From the NCBI GenBank assembly GCA_963738925.1, contig CAVTYE010000002.1:727905-791904 (forward strand): a DNA stretch of 64,000 nt, read 5' to 3'. The notes under the pieces are model-generated. The model saw only the letters and a program-made list of their open reading frames with translations. It did no database searches and was not told the origin of the DNA. Each line of letters starts with the position of its first letter. Within the stretch, counting starts at the first letter, position 1. The DNA comes from an uncultured Chloroflexia bacterium (GTDB lineage: Bacteria; Chloroflexota; Dehalococcoidia; SM23-28-2; RBG-16-64-32). Made by a program: the position numbers and the translations under genes. This document shows, piece after piece, positions 26,770 through 34,996 of this stretch.

Positions 26770-27284
26770 CTAGACTGCGCCTTTGCGTCGGTTGTCCTCC
26801 AGGCACAGCATCTGGCAGTTGGCTCCGTTTGTCTTCCCGCGCTTCGACCACGGGGTGATGTGGTCCGCTTCCATCTCGCCGATCTCGAAATGCTTGCCGC
26901 ACTTGGGACAGGTTGTAGAGGGTGCCCCAGTCGATGGTCTTCATCTCCTTGCGATACGTGGTGAACGTCAACTCCACCCACGAGATGACGGCTTGGAAGT
27001 ATGACCACAGCTCGTTGGCGTTCGGATCATGCTGGTGGTCCGACATGTACTGCTCGATCTTGTCGCCGAACAGCCACGATATGGCCGTTTCCAGAAAATC
27101 CTGGCGGATCGGTGTGCCAGTCACGTACTTGCTGCCTATGGCTCTGTCCGATGAGGTCTTCACCCTCTGCCGTCAAGGGGCGGCGCCAACGGTGAGCATA
27201 AACGACCTCCGTCCCGTAGGGCCCCTTCCATTCATCCCTCCCCGATCGCGCCTCTTTGCCCTTGACGCCATTCACCTCGCTCAC
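26770..27284 (-). pseudogene. Decayed DUF262-associated HNH endonuclease gene (frameshifts and internal deletion)
   Basis: One frame gives ...FLETAISWLFGDKIEQYMSDHQHDPNANELWSYFQAVISWVELTFTTYRKEMKTIDWGTLYNL. A shifted frame continues CPKCGKHFEIGEMEADHITPWSKRGKTNGANCQMLCLEDNRRKGAV, an HNH motif with its stop at 26772-26770. A further shift occurs near 27150. No DGQQR-type DUF262 N-terminal domain is present. Confidence 0.6.
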
Positions 27285-27453
27285 TGTCCTTCATGGCTTG
27301 TTTCAAGCTGAGCCCACTTCAAGTCTACGAACGCAAGATCGGGCGATGTCAAAGCGTCAATTCATACGCAGTCCACTGGCGGCAGTGTTTGATGGGCGTC
27401 TATAGTCATGGACAAACGTCCTGGAACGTGCCAGGCAGCCGTGAGGATTCCAA

Positions 27454-30400
27454 ATGCCTTTGCAGACTCTGGATCCAGATCTCGATCTTCTTCGGGAGGA
27501 GTACGTTCTCGTCCAAGCATGGAAGAAGACATCAAACTACATTCGCCAGCACAACTGGTATGCAGATACTGTTGAGCTCGATCTGGCGAGCTCTGATCTC
27601 CAAGGGTTTCTTCAACAGCTCAAACAACGTCTGACCGAACCGAGTCAATGGAGATCGGGACTATTGCGACTTGTTCCCGCACCAAAGAATCAGAAGTGGG
27701 TCATTGCGAATGGCGCCTGGACTCCCGCGGAGTCCGTAGAACCAATCGATAGGCTCCGTCCGCTTGCCAATGTCAGACTCATCGATCAAGTTATCGCCAC
27801 CGCCATTGCCTTGTGTATTGCGGACCGAGTCGAGACTATACAAGGAGTTCCACGAGTCTCAATAACTGACAACCTGGCGAGAAGGCGAGTCATATCCTAT
27901 GGCAATCGGCTCTTCTGTCAGGAGGTAGAAGGCGAACTTTTGCATCGCTGGGGGTCGTCGACCTTGTATCGCCGCTTCTTTGAAGACTACCGCAACTTTC
28001 TGAAGCGGCCACAGGCCGTCGCGGAGTCTCTTAGAACGCAGCCAAACTCCGATGTGGTCATAGTTAAGTCAGACCTCAGAAATTTTTACGATCGCGTTTC
28101 GCCGGCGCTATTGCAGGCCAAACTTGCGGCTCTTATGCGTCCCTATGACGATGCGGGGTTCCTTGATCTCGCCAGTCGGGTCCTAAACTGGCACTGGGAT
28201 GCCCAGGACCTACCGCAAGTCCAGGATTACGCGCGCCGAGCCGGTATCCAAGACTTCAACGTTGTCGCATTGCCGCAAGGCCTAGCAACAGCAGGGTTCT
28301 TCGCGAACGTGGCGCTCCTTGACTTCGATGATGCTCTACGAAACTCACTCGGCGAAGAAATCGAGCCCGGAGTAAAGCTCGAGGACGCCTGCCGATATGT
28401 GGACGACCTCCGCCTAGTCTTGATGGTCGAGGGCTCGCGGCAACTCAGTGAAATTAAGACAATCGTTTATCGTTGGGTTCAGAACTTGCTGGACCTGAAT
28501 GCTGAAGACTTGCTCGCATCCGAGGAAAAGACAGTACCAGCGCCATTTGGCGCGGCGGAACGGCCATTGGTGCCGCAAAGCTGGAAGATGAACCGCATCC
28601 AGCATGCAATATCAGGGGGATTCGATCCCACTCAAGCGGAGGAGATTCTTGCGTCTGTACAGGCTCTAGTGCAATCTCAGCAGAGGCTCGCCGAACGGCT
28701 TGAAGTGGCAGATAGCCAAGATGAGCCGTGGCGAATGTCGCCAGCCCCAGATGTGGAAGACGACACGGTGTCAAGATTCGCTGCTCATCGCTTCAGGACC
28801 ACTTATCGGTCGCTACGTCCGCTCCTCGAAGATACTGCTCCGCAAGATGAGGCCCCTCATCGCTCAGGTTTAGAGCCGCTACGCACGAAAGCAGAACTTG
28901 ACGCGGAAGCCCAAGCATTCGCCTTCGACCTTGTAGAAAAATGGGTGCGCGATCCTTCACATGTCCGACTTCTTCGAATTGGATTGGACATCTGGCCGGA
29001 TTCACAGCTCCTCGACAGCGTTTTGGAGCTCCTGCGGCCCTACACGACGGCTAGACGAGCGACTTCAGCCGACTTCGTCGCTTGGTACGCCCTGGCGGAA
29101 GTCTTCCGCGCTGGCGCTACCGAAACCGGCTTGGTTACTGACGAGGAGATGTTGCCAGATGCCGTCGACTTCGCGGGTTTCAAGGCCACCCTTGCTAACG
29201 AGGCTCGCCGACTTCTGTCCCTGCCGGTATCCAGCGTGCCATGGTACGTGCGACAGCAAGCCTTGCTATATTTGGCCGCCTTCGACCCGAACGACGTCGA
29301 CCTTGGGCGCGACCGAACCGAGGAAACACGAAGGTACCGAGACTTAATTCGGTTCCTGAATCGCGGAGGGAAAGGATGGAGCGAGCGGAAGTTTGCCACG
29401 TACTCAGTCTTGGCGAGAAAGAGCTTCCTTTCAGCCGGCGATGCAATCAAGCTTGTTCGCGGCCGACTGAATCGAGGAATTCTGAACATGATCGGAGCGA
29501 TGGATCCATCATTCGCAGCTGAGATTGTCGCCACCGGACCATCCACCGGTATTTCGCGTCGACTATCCCGCGACCTAGGAGTGGAGCCGAAGCCTGGGAC
29601 TCTCCGGTCGCTTGTCTTGGGTGAGTCAAAGGGCAAAGTTCGGAATGAACGGACGATCCTGCGATTCGCGGAGCAGTTCTTATCGCAGGCACCCGGACTC
29701 ACGGACGAGGTAATAACACCCTCTGATGCATTTCTGGAGCTGTCCGATAGCAGGACGCGAGATGAGACAGACGTATTGCTTACTCGCTTGAAACTCAAGC
29801 CACTTAGAGTTCAGCGTGAACAGTCGATGTATCGTCCGCCGGACTGGTGCGATCCAACTGAACGATGGCGGTTTCAATTGGGCTATCTCATACGGTTTAT
29901 TCTCGCTGGCCAACCTGATTTCACAAGAATTGTCAGACGTTCTAGGCGTATCCAGGCCGAGGGTGGCCGCTATCGCCGACCAGAGAGCAATTGGTACCAG
30001 CGCCTGTACGGCATGTTCACGGCGCACGCAGCATTTGGTGACGACTGGTTAGCCGTGTCCGACTGGCTGGAACTCTTTCTCTTTGAGTTGCTCCTTTGGC
30101 CCGGATGTGAGCCATCCGATCTAGATTTCGTTCGCCGAGGACGTTTAGCAACGTTACGTGCCGTGCGAAAGAGGCTAAGCGACTTGGAAGAGCTTCAGGG
30201 ACCGGCTCGCAGCGTCTTCATTCTTCCCCTGAATGTACGTCGACCGGACAGCACGGCGGAAGACAGGAAGCTGAGGGGTTGCGTCGTCCAGACCGTTTTA
30301 CCCCGGATGAAAGATCTTCTGAAAGACGCTACGGTCTCTGACCCAGCTGCAAGACGCGTACAACGCCGTCATCTCTCCACGATTCTAGAGTCCGTTAAAA

Positions 30401-31152
30401 GAATGCTGGCGGTCAGAGGTACGCACGAACCCGACGGATCGAGGCTGGATTGGTTGATTCTTCCGGAGCTTTCTGTTCACCCGGACGACGTCGGAACCCA
30501 TTTGAGGCGCTTTGCGCTTCAGCACAAGACAATAATTCTCGCCGGGCTCACTTACCAGAGTCAGGGCCCAGGCGGGCCACTCGTCAACATGGGAGTATGG
30601 ATCGTCCCCGAATTGTCGGCGAGCCGCGGTTTGCAGATTAGGCAGCGCTACCAAGGCAAGCAGTATCTAGCACAGGATGAGAAGGGCCTGGGCATTCAGG
30701 GTTATCGACCATGTCAGTGGATCATCCAGTATCCGTGGGCGAATGATAAACCGCCCCTTCGCCTCACAGCCTCAATCTGTTACGACGCAACCGACGTTGA
30801 TCTTGCATCGGATCTTCGTGAAAACTCCGACGTGTACGCGATCCCCGCATTAAATAAGGACGTCAACACGTTTGACCAGATGGCGCTCTCTCTTCAGTAC
30901 CACATGTTCCAGATGGTCATTGTCGCAAATAATGGGGAATTTGGCGGGAGCAATGCCTATGTGCCCTATCGGGAGCAATACGATCGCCAAGTCTTCCATC
31001 TTCACGGGCAACCGCAGGCGTCGATAGGATTCATCGAAATCGATCCGATCGAAGACTTCCTCTCCCGAAAGAAGATCGGGAGCAAGAAGTCCGCCGCGCC
31101 GTCTCGCCCTGTCGGTCGGGCGTTTAAGTATCCCCCTGCAGGACTGACCTAG
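27454..31152 (+). CDS. Reverse transcriptase fused to a C-terminal nitrilase (C-N hydrolase) domain; DRT type 1 / UG1-like
   Basis: 1,232 aa. RT motifs: RPLANVRLIDQVIATAIALCIADRVE (motifs 1-2), VVIVKSDLRNFYDRVS (A), LPQGLATAGFFANVAL (B), CRYVDDLRLV (C; YVDD codons at 28396-28407). A long helical middle region follows. The C-terminal nitrilase-like triad context is WLILPELSVH (Glu codon 30466-30468), RYQGKQYLAQDE (Lys) and LTASICYDATD (Cys codon 30778-30780). Confidence 0.85.
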   Translation: MPLQTLDPDLDLLREEYVLVQAWKKTSNYIRQHNWYADTVELDLASSDLQGFLQQLKQRLTEPSQWRSGLLRLVPAPKNQKWVIANGAWTPAESVEPIDRLRPLANVRLIDQVIATAIALCIADRVETIQGVPRVSITDNLARRRVISYGNRLFCQEVEGELLHRWGSSTLYRRFFEDYRNFLKRPQAVAESLRTQPNSDVVIVKSDLRNFYDRVSPALLQAKLAALMRPYDDAGFLDLASRVLNWHWDAQDLPQVQDYARRAGIQDFNVVALPQGLATAGFFANVALLDFDDALRNSLGEEIEPGVKLEDACRYVDDLRLVLMVEGSRQLSEIKTIVYRWVQNLLDLNAEDLLASEEKTVPAPFGAAERPLVPQSWKMNRIQHAISGGFDPTQAEEILASVQALVQSQQRLAERLEVADSQDEPWRMSPAPDVEDDTVSRFAAHRFRTTYRSLRPLLEDTAPQDEAPHRSGLEPLRTKAELDAEAQAFAFDLVEKWVRDPSHVRLLRIGLDIWPDSQLLDSVLELLRPYTTARRATSADFVAWYALAEVFRAGATETGLVTDEEMLPDAVDFAGFKATLANEARRLLSLPVSSVPWYVRQQALLYLAAFDPNDVDLGRDRTEETRRYRDLIRFLNRGGKGWSERKFATYSVLARKSFLSAGDAIKLVRGRLNRGILNMIGAMDPSFAAEIVATGPSTGISRRLSRDLGVEPKPGTLRSLVLGESKGKVRNERTILRFAEQFLSQAPGLTDEVITPSDAFLELSDSRTRDETDVLLTRLKLKPLRVQREQSMYRPPDWCDPTERWRFQLGYLIRFILAGQPDFTRIVRRSRRIQAEGGRYRRPESNWYQRLYGMFTAHAAFGDDWLAVSDWLELFLFELLLWPGCEPSDLDFVRRGRLATLRAVRKRLSDLEELQGPARSVFILPLNVRRPDSTAEDRKLRGCVVQTVLPRMKDLLKDATVSDPAARRVQRRHLSTILESVKRMLAVRGTHEPDGSRLDWLILPELSVHPDDVGTHLRRFALQHKTIILAGLTYQSQGPGGPLVNMGVWIVPELSASRGLQIRQRYQGKQYLAQDEKGLGIQGYRPCQWIIQYPWANDKPPLRLTASICYDATDVDLASDLRENSDVYAIPALNKDVNTFDQMALSLQYHMFQMVIVANNGEFGGSNAYVPYREQYDRQVFHLHGQPQASIGFIEIDPIEDFLSRKKIGSKKSAAPSRPVGRAFKYPPAGLT

Positions 31153-31157
31153 TAGAA

Positions 31158-31979
31158 CTAAGCAGATTCGCCGGTTTGCGACTCGCCAATCACGGCCTTC
31201 ACGTCATCTGGGAAGTCTCCCTTCAGGATCCAGGTCAAATAATCGGGGGCTTCTGACTTCACCTGTGTTAGTGGTACTCCCCTGTATTTTCCAAAGTTCA
31301 AACAGATTTCATCGTTTGCTCTGATTAGCAGGCCGTGCTCGTCTATCCAATTCTCGTCGACCCTTCTCGGCGCAGAAATCTGATCAAGCTCCCGCAGTTC
31401 GCGCGTGAGATCGGGATACCGCTCCAGTTGTCCGAGTAGCACGTCCATGGAAGCCAGCGTGTCGGCCTCTGATGAGTGGGCGCCGTTGTGCTCTCGCCCT
31501 CGATAGAACTGGAGCGCTGCTGTCAGATCTCGAGGCTCGCGCTCGAAATAGATCGCGAGCGCATCGACGATGGCGCGATCGTCAATAGAAAACCAGTGCC
31601 CAGCTCGGCGGAACTCAGCGCTGAGTACTTTCAAATCGAATCGTGCTATTCCGAACCCAGCCAAATCGCATCCATCAAGATGCCTAGCCAATGAACGCGC
31701 TATTCTCCGAAATGTTGGCTCGTGTTCGACGTCGGCAGTAGTTATGCCGTGAACGGCGGTAGCTTCCTCCGGCACTGGCATTTCCGGATTCACCCTGCGC
31801 GTAACGACATTCAAGGCACCAGATGGAGACACCTTCGCAACTGAGACCTCCACTACGCGCGCGGTCATTGGGTTAGTACCCGTGGTTTCGAGATCGATAA
31901 AAGCCAATGGGCGGTCTAATTTCAAACTCCGAGCAAGTTTCGCCGCCACCTCGATATATGGGGAATTTGCTTCTGCCAT
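31158..31979 (-). CDS. DEDDh 3'-5' exonuclease (DnaQ/epsilon-like) with ExoX-like C-terminal motif
   Basis: 273 aa. Exo I AFIDLETTG, Exo II LAGFGIARFDLKVL, Exo III HSSEADTLAS. C-terminal FGKYRGVPLTQV...PDYLTWIL. Its stop lies 5 nt from the RT-nitrilase stop (convergent). Confidence 0.85.
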   Translation of the reverse strand: MAEANSPYIEVAAKLARSLKLDRPLAFIDLETTGTNPMTARVVEVSVAKVSPSGALNVVTRRVNPEMPVPEEATAVHGITTADVEHEPTFRRIARSLARHLDGCDLAGFGIARFDLKVLSAEFRRAGHWFSIDDRAIVDALAIYFEREPRDLTAALQFYRGREHNGAHSSEADTLASMDVLLGQLERYPDLTRELRELDQISAPRRVDENWIDEHGLLIRANDEICLNFGKYRGVPLTQVKSEAPDYLTWILKGDFPDDVKAVIGESQTGESA

Positions 31980-32453
31980 CGTTAATCAGCCTCTCGAAGC
32001 TGCGCTCAGGTGAGCATGATACAACGCTATGCGCAAAGAACCGTCTGCACGCGGCGAAATGCATCCAAGTGCCGCCATGGTGTCTGTAACTACGCGCTCC
32101 ATCGTCACGGGCGAACTTCCGAAGTCTGCTGTCCTTGTGCACGACGCGGAAGCCGCCGAGCAATTGAACGGCTATCGCGGCGTCAGAACCGTGCGGCTCC
32201 TGTCCGGATTGCACGCCTTTTGGGCCAGGGTCGGCGCCATCCATCTGACTTTCCCCCAGTGCAGCGAGTAGTTCGCCGATTATAGCGTTATCAAGACGGC
32301 GGCTGGCCCCGCTGGGTGGTTCACTGGCGATCTATGTTGACACGGTCACGACTCCGACGGGTCCGTCGCGGCTGAACGGCAACAGCGCGCATTTCACCGC
32401 CGGACGCTCGCACAGCGTGGCACAAGGGACCAAGAGACTCAACAATTCGTATC

Positions 32454-32515
32454 TGGAGCGGGAGACGGGGCTCGAACCCGCGACCCTCTGCTTGGGAAGC
32501 AGATGCTCTACCAAC
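32454..32515 (-). pseudogene. tRNA-Gly(CCC) 3' portion only (D-loop to CCA); candidate att remnant
   Basis: The reverse strand reads ...GTTGGTAGAGC-A-TCTGC-TTCCCAA-GCAGA-GGGTC-GCGGG-TTCGAGC-CCCGT-CTCCCGC-T-CCA. No GCGGGAG 5' acceptor strand or proper D-stem lies upstream (the sequence there is GGCGGGTCCTTGGCGTTTCAGTT). Confidence 0.6.
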
Positions 32516-32676
32516 AACTGAAACGCCAAGGACCCGCCTGCAAACGAAACTGCAAACGAACGCGCCATAACAGGGGGCTACCAGCCGTCATCTTATCGGT
32601 CGTTGCGCCCGGAGAACAGATACCACAAGGCACCACAAGGAACGGCCGAGTATGGGAAATGACCGGCCTGACTTAA

Positions 32677-32721
32677 TTTGGGGCCAGGAGGCCCTCGGTT
32701 CGAATCCGAGCGCCCCGACCA
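32677..32721 (+). pseudogene. tRNA-Pro(UGG) 3' half only (anticodon loop to CCA); candidate att remnant
   Basis: TTTGGGG-CCAGG-AGGCC-CTCGG-TTCGAAT-CCGAG-CGCCCCG-A-CCA. The 5 nt upstream (CTTAA) cannot pair with CCAGG. No CGGGGCG 5' acceptor strand was found upstream anywhere in the inspected spacer down to the tRNA-Gly fragment (~32516). Confidence 0.6.
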
Positions 32722-32730
32722 ACCTCCAAC

Positions 32731-32964
32731 CTAGTCCGCCGCCTCTTTGACTCGCTCCTTCAAGCCGTCCAGCCAGTCCGCCGAGGCGTGCGCCTTCTCC
32801 TGGAAGGTCAGGCTCACCTCCGGGGTGAACACGCCCTGCAGATACGTGTCGGCGCGGTTCATGCCTTGCTCCCAGCCGGGCTGCTGTTGGGCGTCAGTCC
32901 CGCTGTTGCTGAAGGCGAGTATCACTCCGATGCCTACGAACGCTAAAAGTATCATGACCTTCAT
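32731..32964 (-). CDS. Small secreted/anchored hypothetical protein
   Basis: The start was moved to the ATG at 32964 (AGGAGG 7 nt upstream). MKVMILLAFVGIGVILAFSNSG is signal-like. 77 aa. Confidence 0.55.
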   Translation of the reverse strand: MKVMILLAFVGIGVILAFSNSGTDAQQQPGWEQGMNRADTYLQGVFTPEVSLTFQEKAHASADWLDGLKERVKEAAD

Positions 32965-33097
32965 GGACGTCTCCTCCTTCACCCGCATTCTCCGCCGGCG
33001 CTCTCACCGGCCTCTCGCCGCGCTAGCGTTAAGGCTCCCGCGGTCCCTTAACCGTCTCGCTTCCGCTCCCCGTCCCGCGCGATACGATGATCCCGCT

Positions 33098-33370
33098 ATG
33101 GCTCCCTACGGCAGCCGACAACGACGAGCTGGACGAAGACGACGAGGAGGCTCTGAACGTCGCGCTCTGATGCGCCAGGTGCCGCTGGGCATCATCTTCG
33201 CGCGCATCATCGTCGTCTCAGCGATGAGCTTCGCCGCCGCCGGCTCGATCTTCTTCCTCATCGGGGCCATCTGGGCCCCCGCCCTGGCCTGCGCCGGCGT
33301 CACCGTCCTCTTCCTCTTCCTGATGTTCTTCATCGAACGTGGCGCCGACGCCCGTTCCCGCACTTCCTGA
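33098..33370 (+). CDS. Possible small membrane protein (Arg-rich N-terminus, 2 TM)
   Basis: Internal ATG of track ORF 32747-33370. MAPYGSRQRRAGRRRRGG...LGIIFARIIVVSAMSFAAAGSIFFLIGAIWAPALACAGVTVLFLFLMFFI. No clear RBS. Confidence 0.3.
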   Translation: MAPYGSRQRRAGRRRRGGSERRALMRQVPLGIIFARIIVVSAMSFAAAGSIFFLIGAIWAPALACAGVTVLFLFLMFFIERGADARSRTS

Positions 33371-33433
33371 CCGCCCTTTGCGCTTGAACGGCAGTAGTCG
33401 CGCGGGTGATTAGGTGGTACGCTTTAGGTAGAA

Positions 33434-33664
33434 ATGTTTGGCTCGCTTGGCGCTCCGGAACTCCTGATCATCCTGGCGATCGTCGTCGTCCTCTTCGGCG
33501 CGTCGCGCCTCAGCGGCCTTGGCAAGGGCCTGGGCCGGGGAATCCGCGAATTCCGCAAGGAGCTGCGTGAGGGCCAGGAAGAGGACGAAGAGGCCAAGAC
33601 CAAGACCGTCTCCTCAGCCGCTTCCGCCAAGCCGTCCGAGGACAAGCCCAGCCAGACGCACTAG
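33434..33664 (+). CDS. tatA: Twin-arginine translocase subunit TatA/E
   Basis: MFGSLGAPELLIILAIVVVLFGASRLSGLGKGLGRGIREFRKEL is the canonical TatA N-terminal TM plus amphipathic helix. An acidic/Ser-rich tail follows. Confidence 0.9.
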   Translation: MFGSLGAPELLIILAIVVVLFGASRLSGLGKGLGRGIREFRKELREGQEEDEEAKTKTVSSAASAKPSEDKPSQTH

Positions 33665-33686
33665 CACCATTCCTTCTGACATGCGA

Positions 33687-33716
33687 AAAGGCCGACCAGA
33701 TTGGTCGGCCTTTCTG
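33687..33716. terminator. Bidirectional rho-independent terminator between tatA and the cyclophilin gene
   Basis: GAAAA-GGCCGACCA-GAT-TGGTCGGCC-TTTCTGTTTG. The 9-bp GC-rich stem is flanked by an A-run and a T-rich run. Confidence 0.6.
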
Positions 33717-33733
33717 TTTGCCCGCTGTGAAAG

Positions 33734-34534
33734 CTAGGAGGCCGGCTCGACGTCCACGTGCTGGATGATCAGCGCGTTCGAGAGGTCCTGGTCGCAGCCG
33801 ACCACGGCCTGGGTGAGGGCGGAGCAGAGCCTGAGGTCCGGCTGCGCCTCCAGGATGTCCATCCCCTTCGTCACCGTCCCGAACACCGTCTCCGTGCCGT
33901 CCAGGCGCGGGTCGTCCGTGAAGAGGATGCGGAACTGGCCGCCGCTGACGTCTTCAGTCCCCTGCACCACGGGAGCCACGACGGCCCAGGTCACGTGCTT
34001 GGCCGCGGTCGTCTCCACCGGCACCTTGTAGCCCGCGTCGCCGGTGCCGGTGCAGGTCGTCACGCCCTCGAGGACGCACTCGGAGTCGCCGGCCTGCGCC
34101 CAGTACTGGTGATCGAGGTAGAAAAAGGCCGTCCCGTCGTAGTAGCCCTTGGCCGCCAGGAAGGCGAAGCTGTTGACCGTCTGCGGCGTGTCCGTCGCCA
34201 GCGTCATCTCGATGTCGCCCTTGTTAGTGGTCAGGGTCGCCACATAGGCCTTCGTCCCGTCAATCACCGCAGCCGGGCTGGCAAAGACCTTCGCCGCCGC
34301 CGAAGCCTGCGGTGTCGGCGTTATGTCAATGTTTTCCGGTGGCGCCACGTTGTTCTTCCCCTGCGAGACGCCCAGCCCTACCGCCGCCATCGAGACGATC
34401 ATGACGATGATGAAGAGGAAATAGAACGCCTTGACGTTGAAGATCAGGTTTACCGGAAACGGCAGCTTTGTCTTTCGCTCCCCTTCGGTTACAACCGGGC
34501 CTCGCCGCCGCCGTCTTCGTTGCTTATTCGCCAA
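33734..34534 (-). CDS. Membrane-anchored cyclophilin-type peptidyl-prolyl isomerase
   Basis: N-terminal Arg-rich region plus TM (FYFLFIIVMIVSMAAVGLGV). Cyclophilin core: TNKGDIEMTL...TVNSFAFLAAKGYYDGTAFF...GQFRILFTDDPRLDGTETVFGTVTKGMDIL. The TTG start is preceded by AGGAG. Confidence 0.8.
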   Translation of the reverse strand: MANKQRRRRRRGPVVTEGERKTKLPFPVNLIFNVKAFYFLFIIVMIVSMAAVGLGVSQGKNNVAPPENIDITPTPQASAAAKVFASPAAVIDGTKAYVATLTTNKGDIEMTLATDTPQTVNSFAFLAAKGYYDGTAFFYLDHQYWAQAGDSECVLEGVTTCTGTGDAGYKVPVETTAAKHVTWAVVAPVVQGTEDVSGGQFRILFTDDPRLDGTETVFGTVTKGMDILEAQPDLRLCSALTQAVVGCDQDLSNALIIQHVDVEPAS

Positions 34535-34707
34535 TCTGTGTCACTCCTGTTTCTGAATCACGATTCAGTATAGCAAAGCGCCTTGTTACGATCTGATGCC
34601 GGACTTTAGCGCCGGCCGACCCTGTGCTTGCCCATTCAACAATACGAAAGCGGCTTTTGTAACGGTTCGCCCCACCCGTCCATCAAATATTCCGACAATC
34701 AAACTAA

Positions 34708-34995
34708 ATGGGGGGACAAATGACGCTGAGACAGGGCACACAACCAACAAACTCCGTTGCATCCGATAGCTGGGCCGATCTCAGCAGCCGCTGGTTCTTC
34801 GCCTGGCGCATGGCCGCCGCCTGCGAAGGTGCGCTCCGAGAGGTCAACGCCGCCCGCGACTCCCAGCCAGACCCGGAGCGGTCCGGCGCCCTCGGCCGCG
34901 CCAGCGAGCTTCTCCAGGAAGAGCTGATGCGCTGGGTGCGCCGCGGCGAGGCGCTGGACATGATCGTCGATCACCTGCCCCGCGGTACGCAGTAG
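34708..34995 (+). CDS. Hypothetical small protein
   Basis: 95 aa with GC3-rich codon usage like neighbouring core genes. No recognised motif and no clear RBS. Confidence 0.35.
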   Translation: MGGQMTLRQGTQPTNSVASDSWADLSSRWFFAWRMAAACEGALREVNAARDSQPDPERSGALGRASELLQEELMRWVRRGEALDMIVDHLPRGTQ

Positions 34996-34996
34996 T

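Noticed and set aside
27164-27453. A retron-like or DRT-type structured ncRNA upstream of the RT-nitrilase.
   Set aside because: I could not find long inverted repeats or stable stem-loops by eye. This cannot be excluded without covariance or RNA-seq analysis, so it is not reported as a feature.
31980-32453. Search for an integrase or other gene remnant between the exonuclease and the tRNA fragments (ORFs 31873-32244, 32010-32285, 32029-32271).
   Set aside because: All six frames were translated by eye. No integrase (R..H..R..Y) or other family motif was found. The ORFs overlap each other and look like chance frames. The region is left unannotated.
32332-32568. 78-aa minus-strand ORF.
   Set aside because: It overlaps the tRNA-Gly fragment and has no recognisable motif or RBS. 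It is most likely non-coding.
32677-32721. tmRNA (ssrA) 3' end, or a complete tRNA with an odd 5' half.
   Set aside because: The acceptor 3' strand CGCCCCG lacks the U70 needed for the G3:U70 alanine identity of tmRNA. No complementary 5' strand (CGGGGCG) was found upstream anywhere in the inspected spacer down to the tRNA-Gly fragment (~32516). The anticodon stem cannot be completed.
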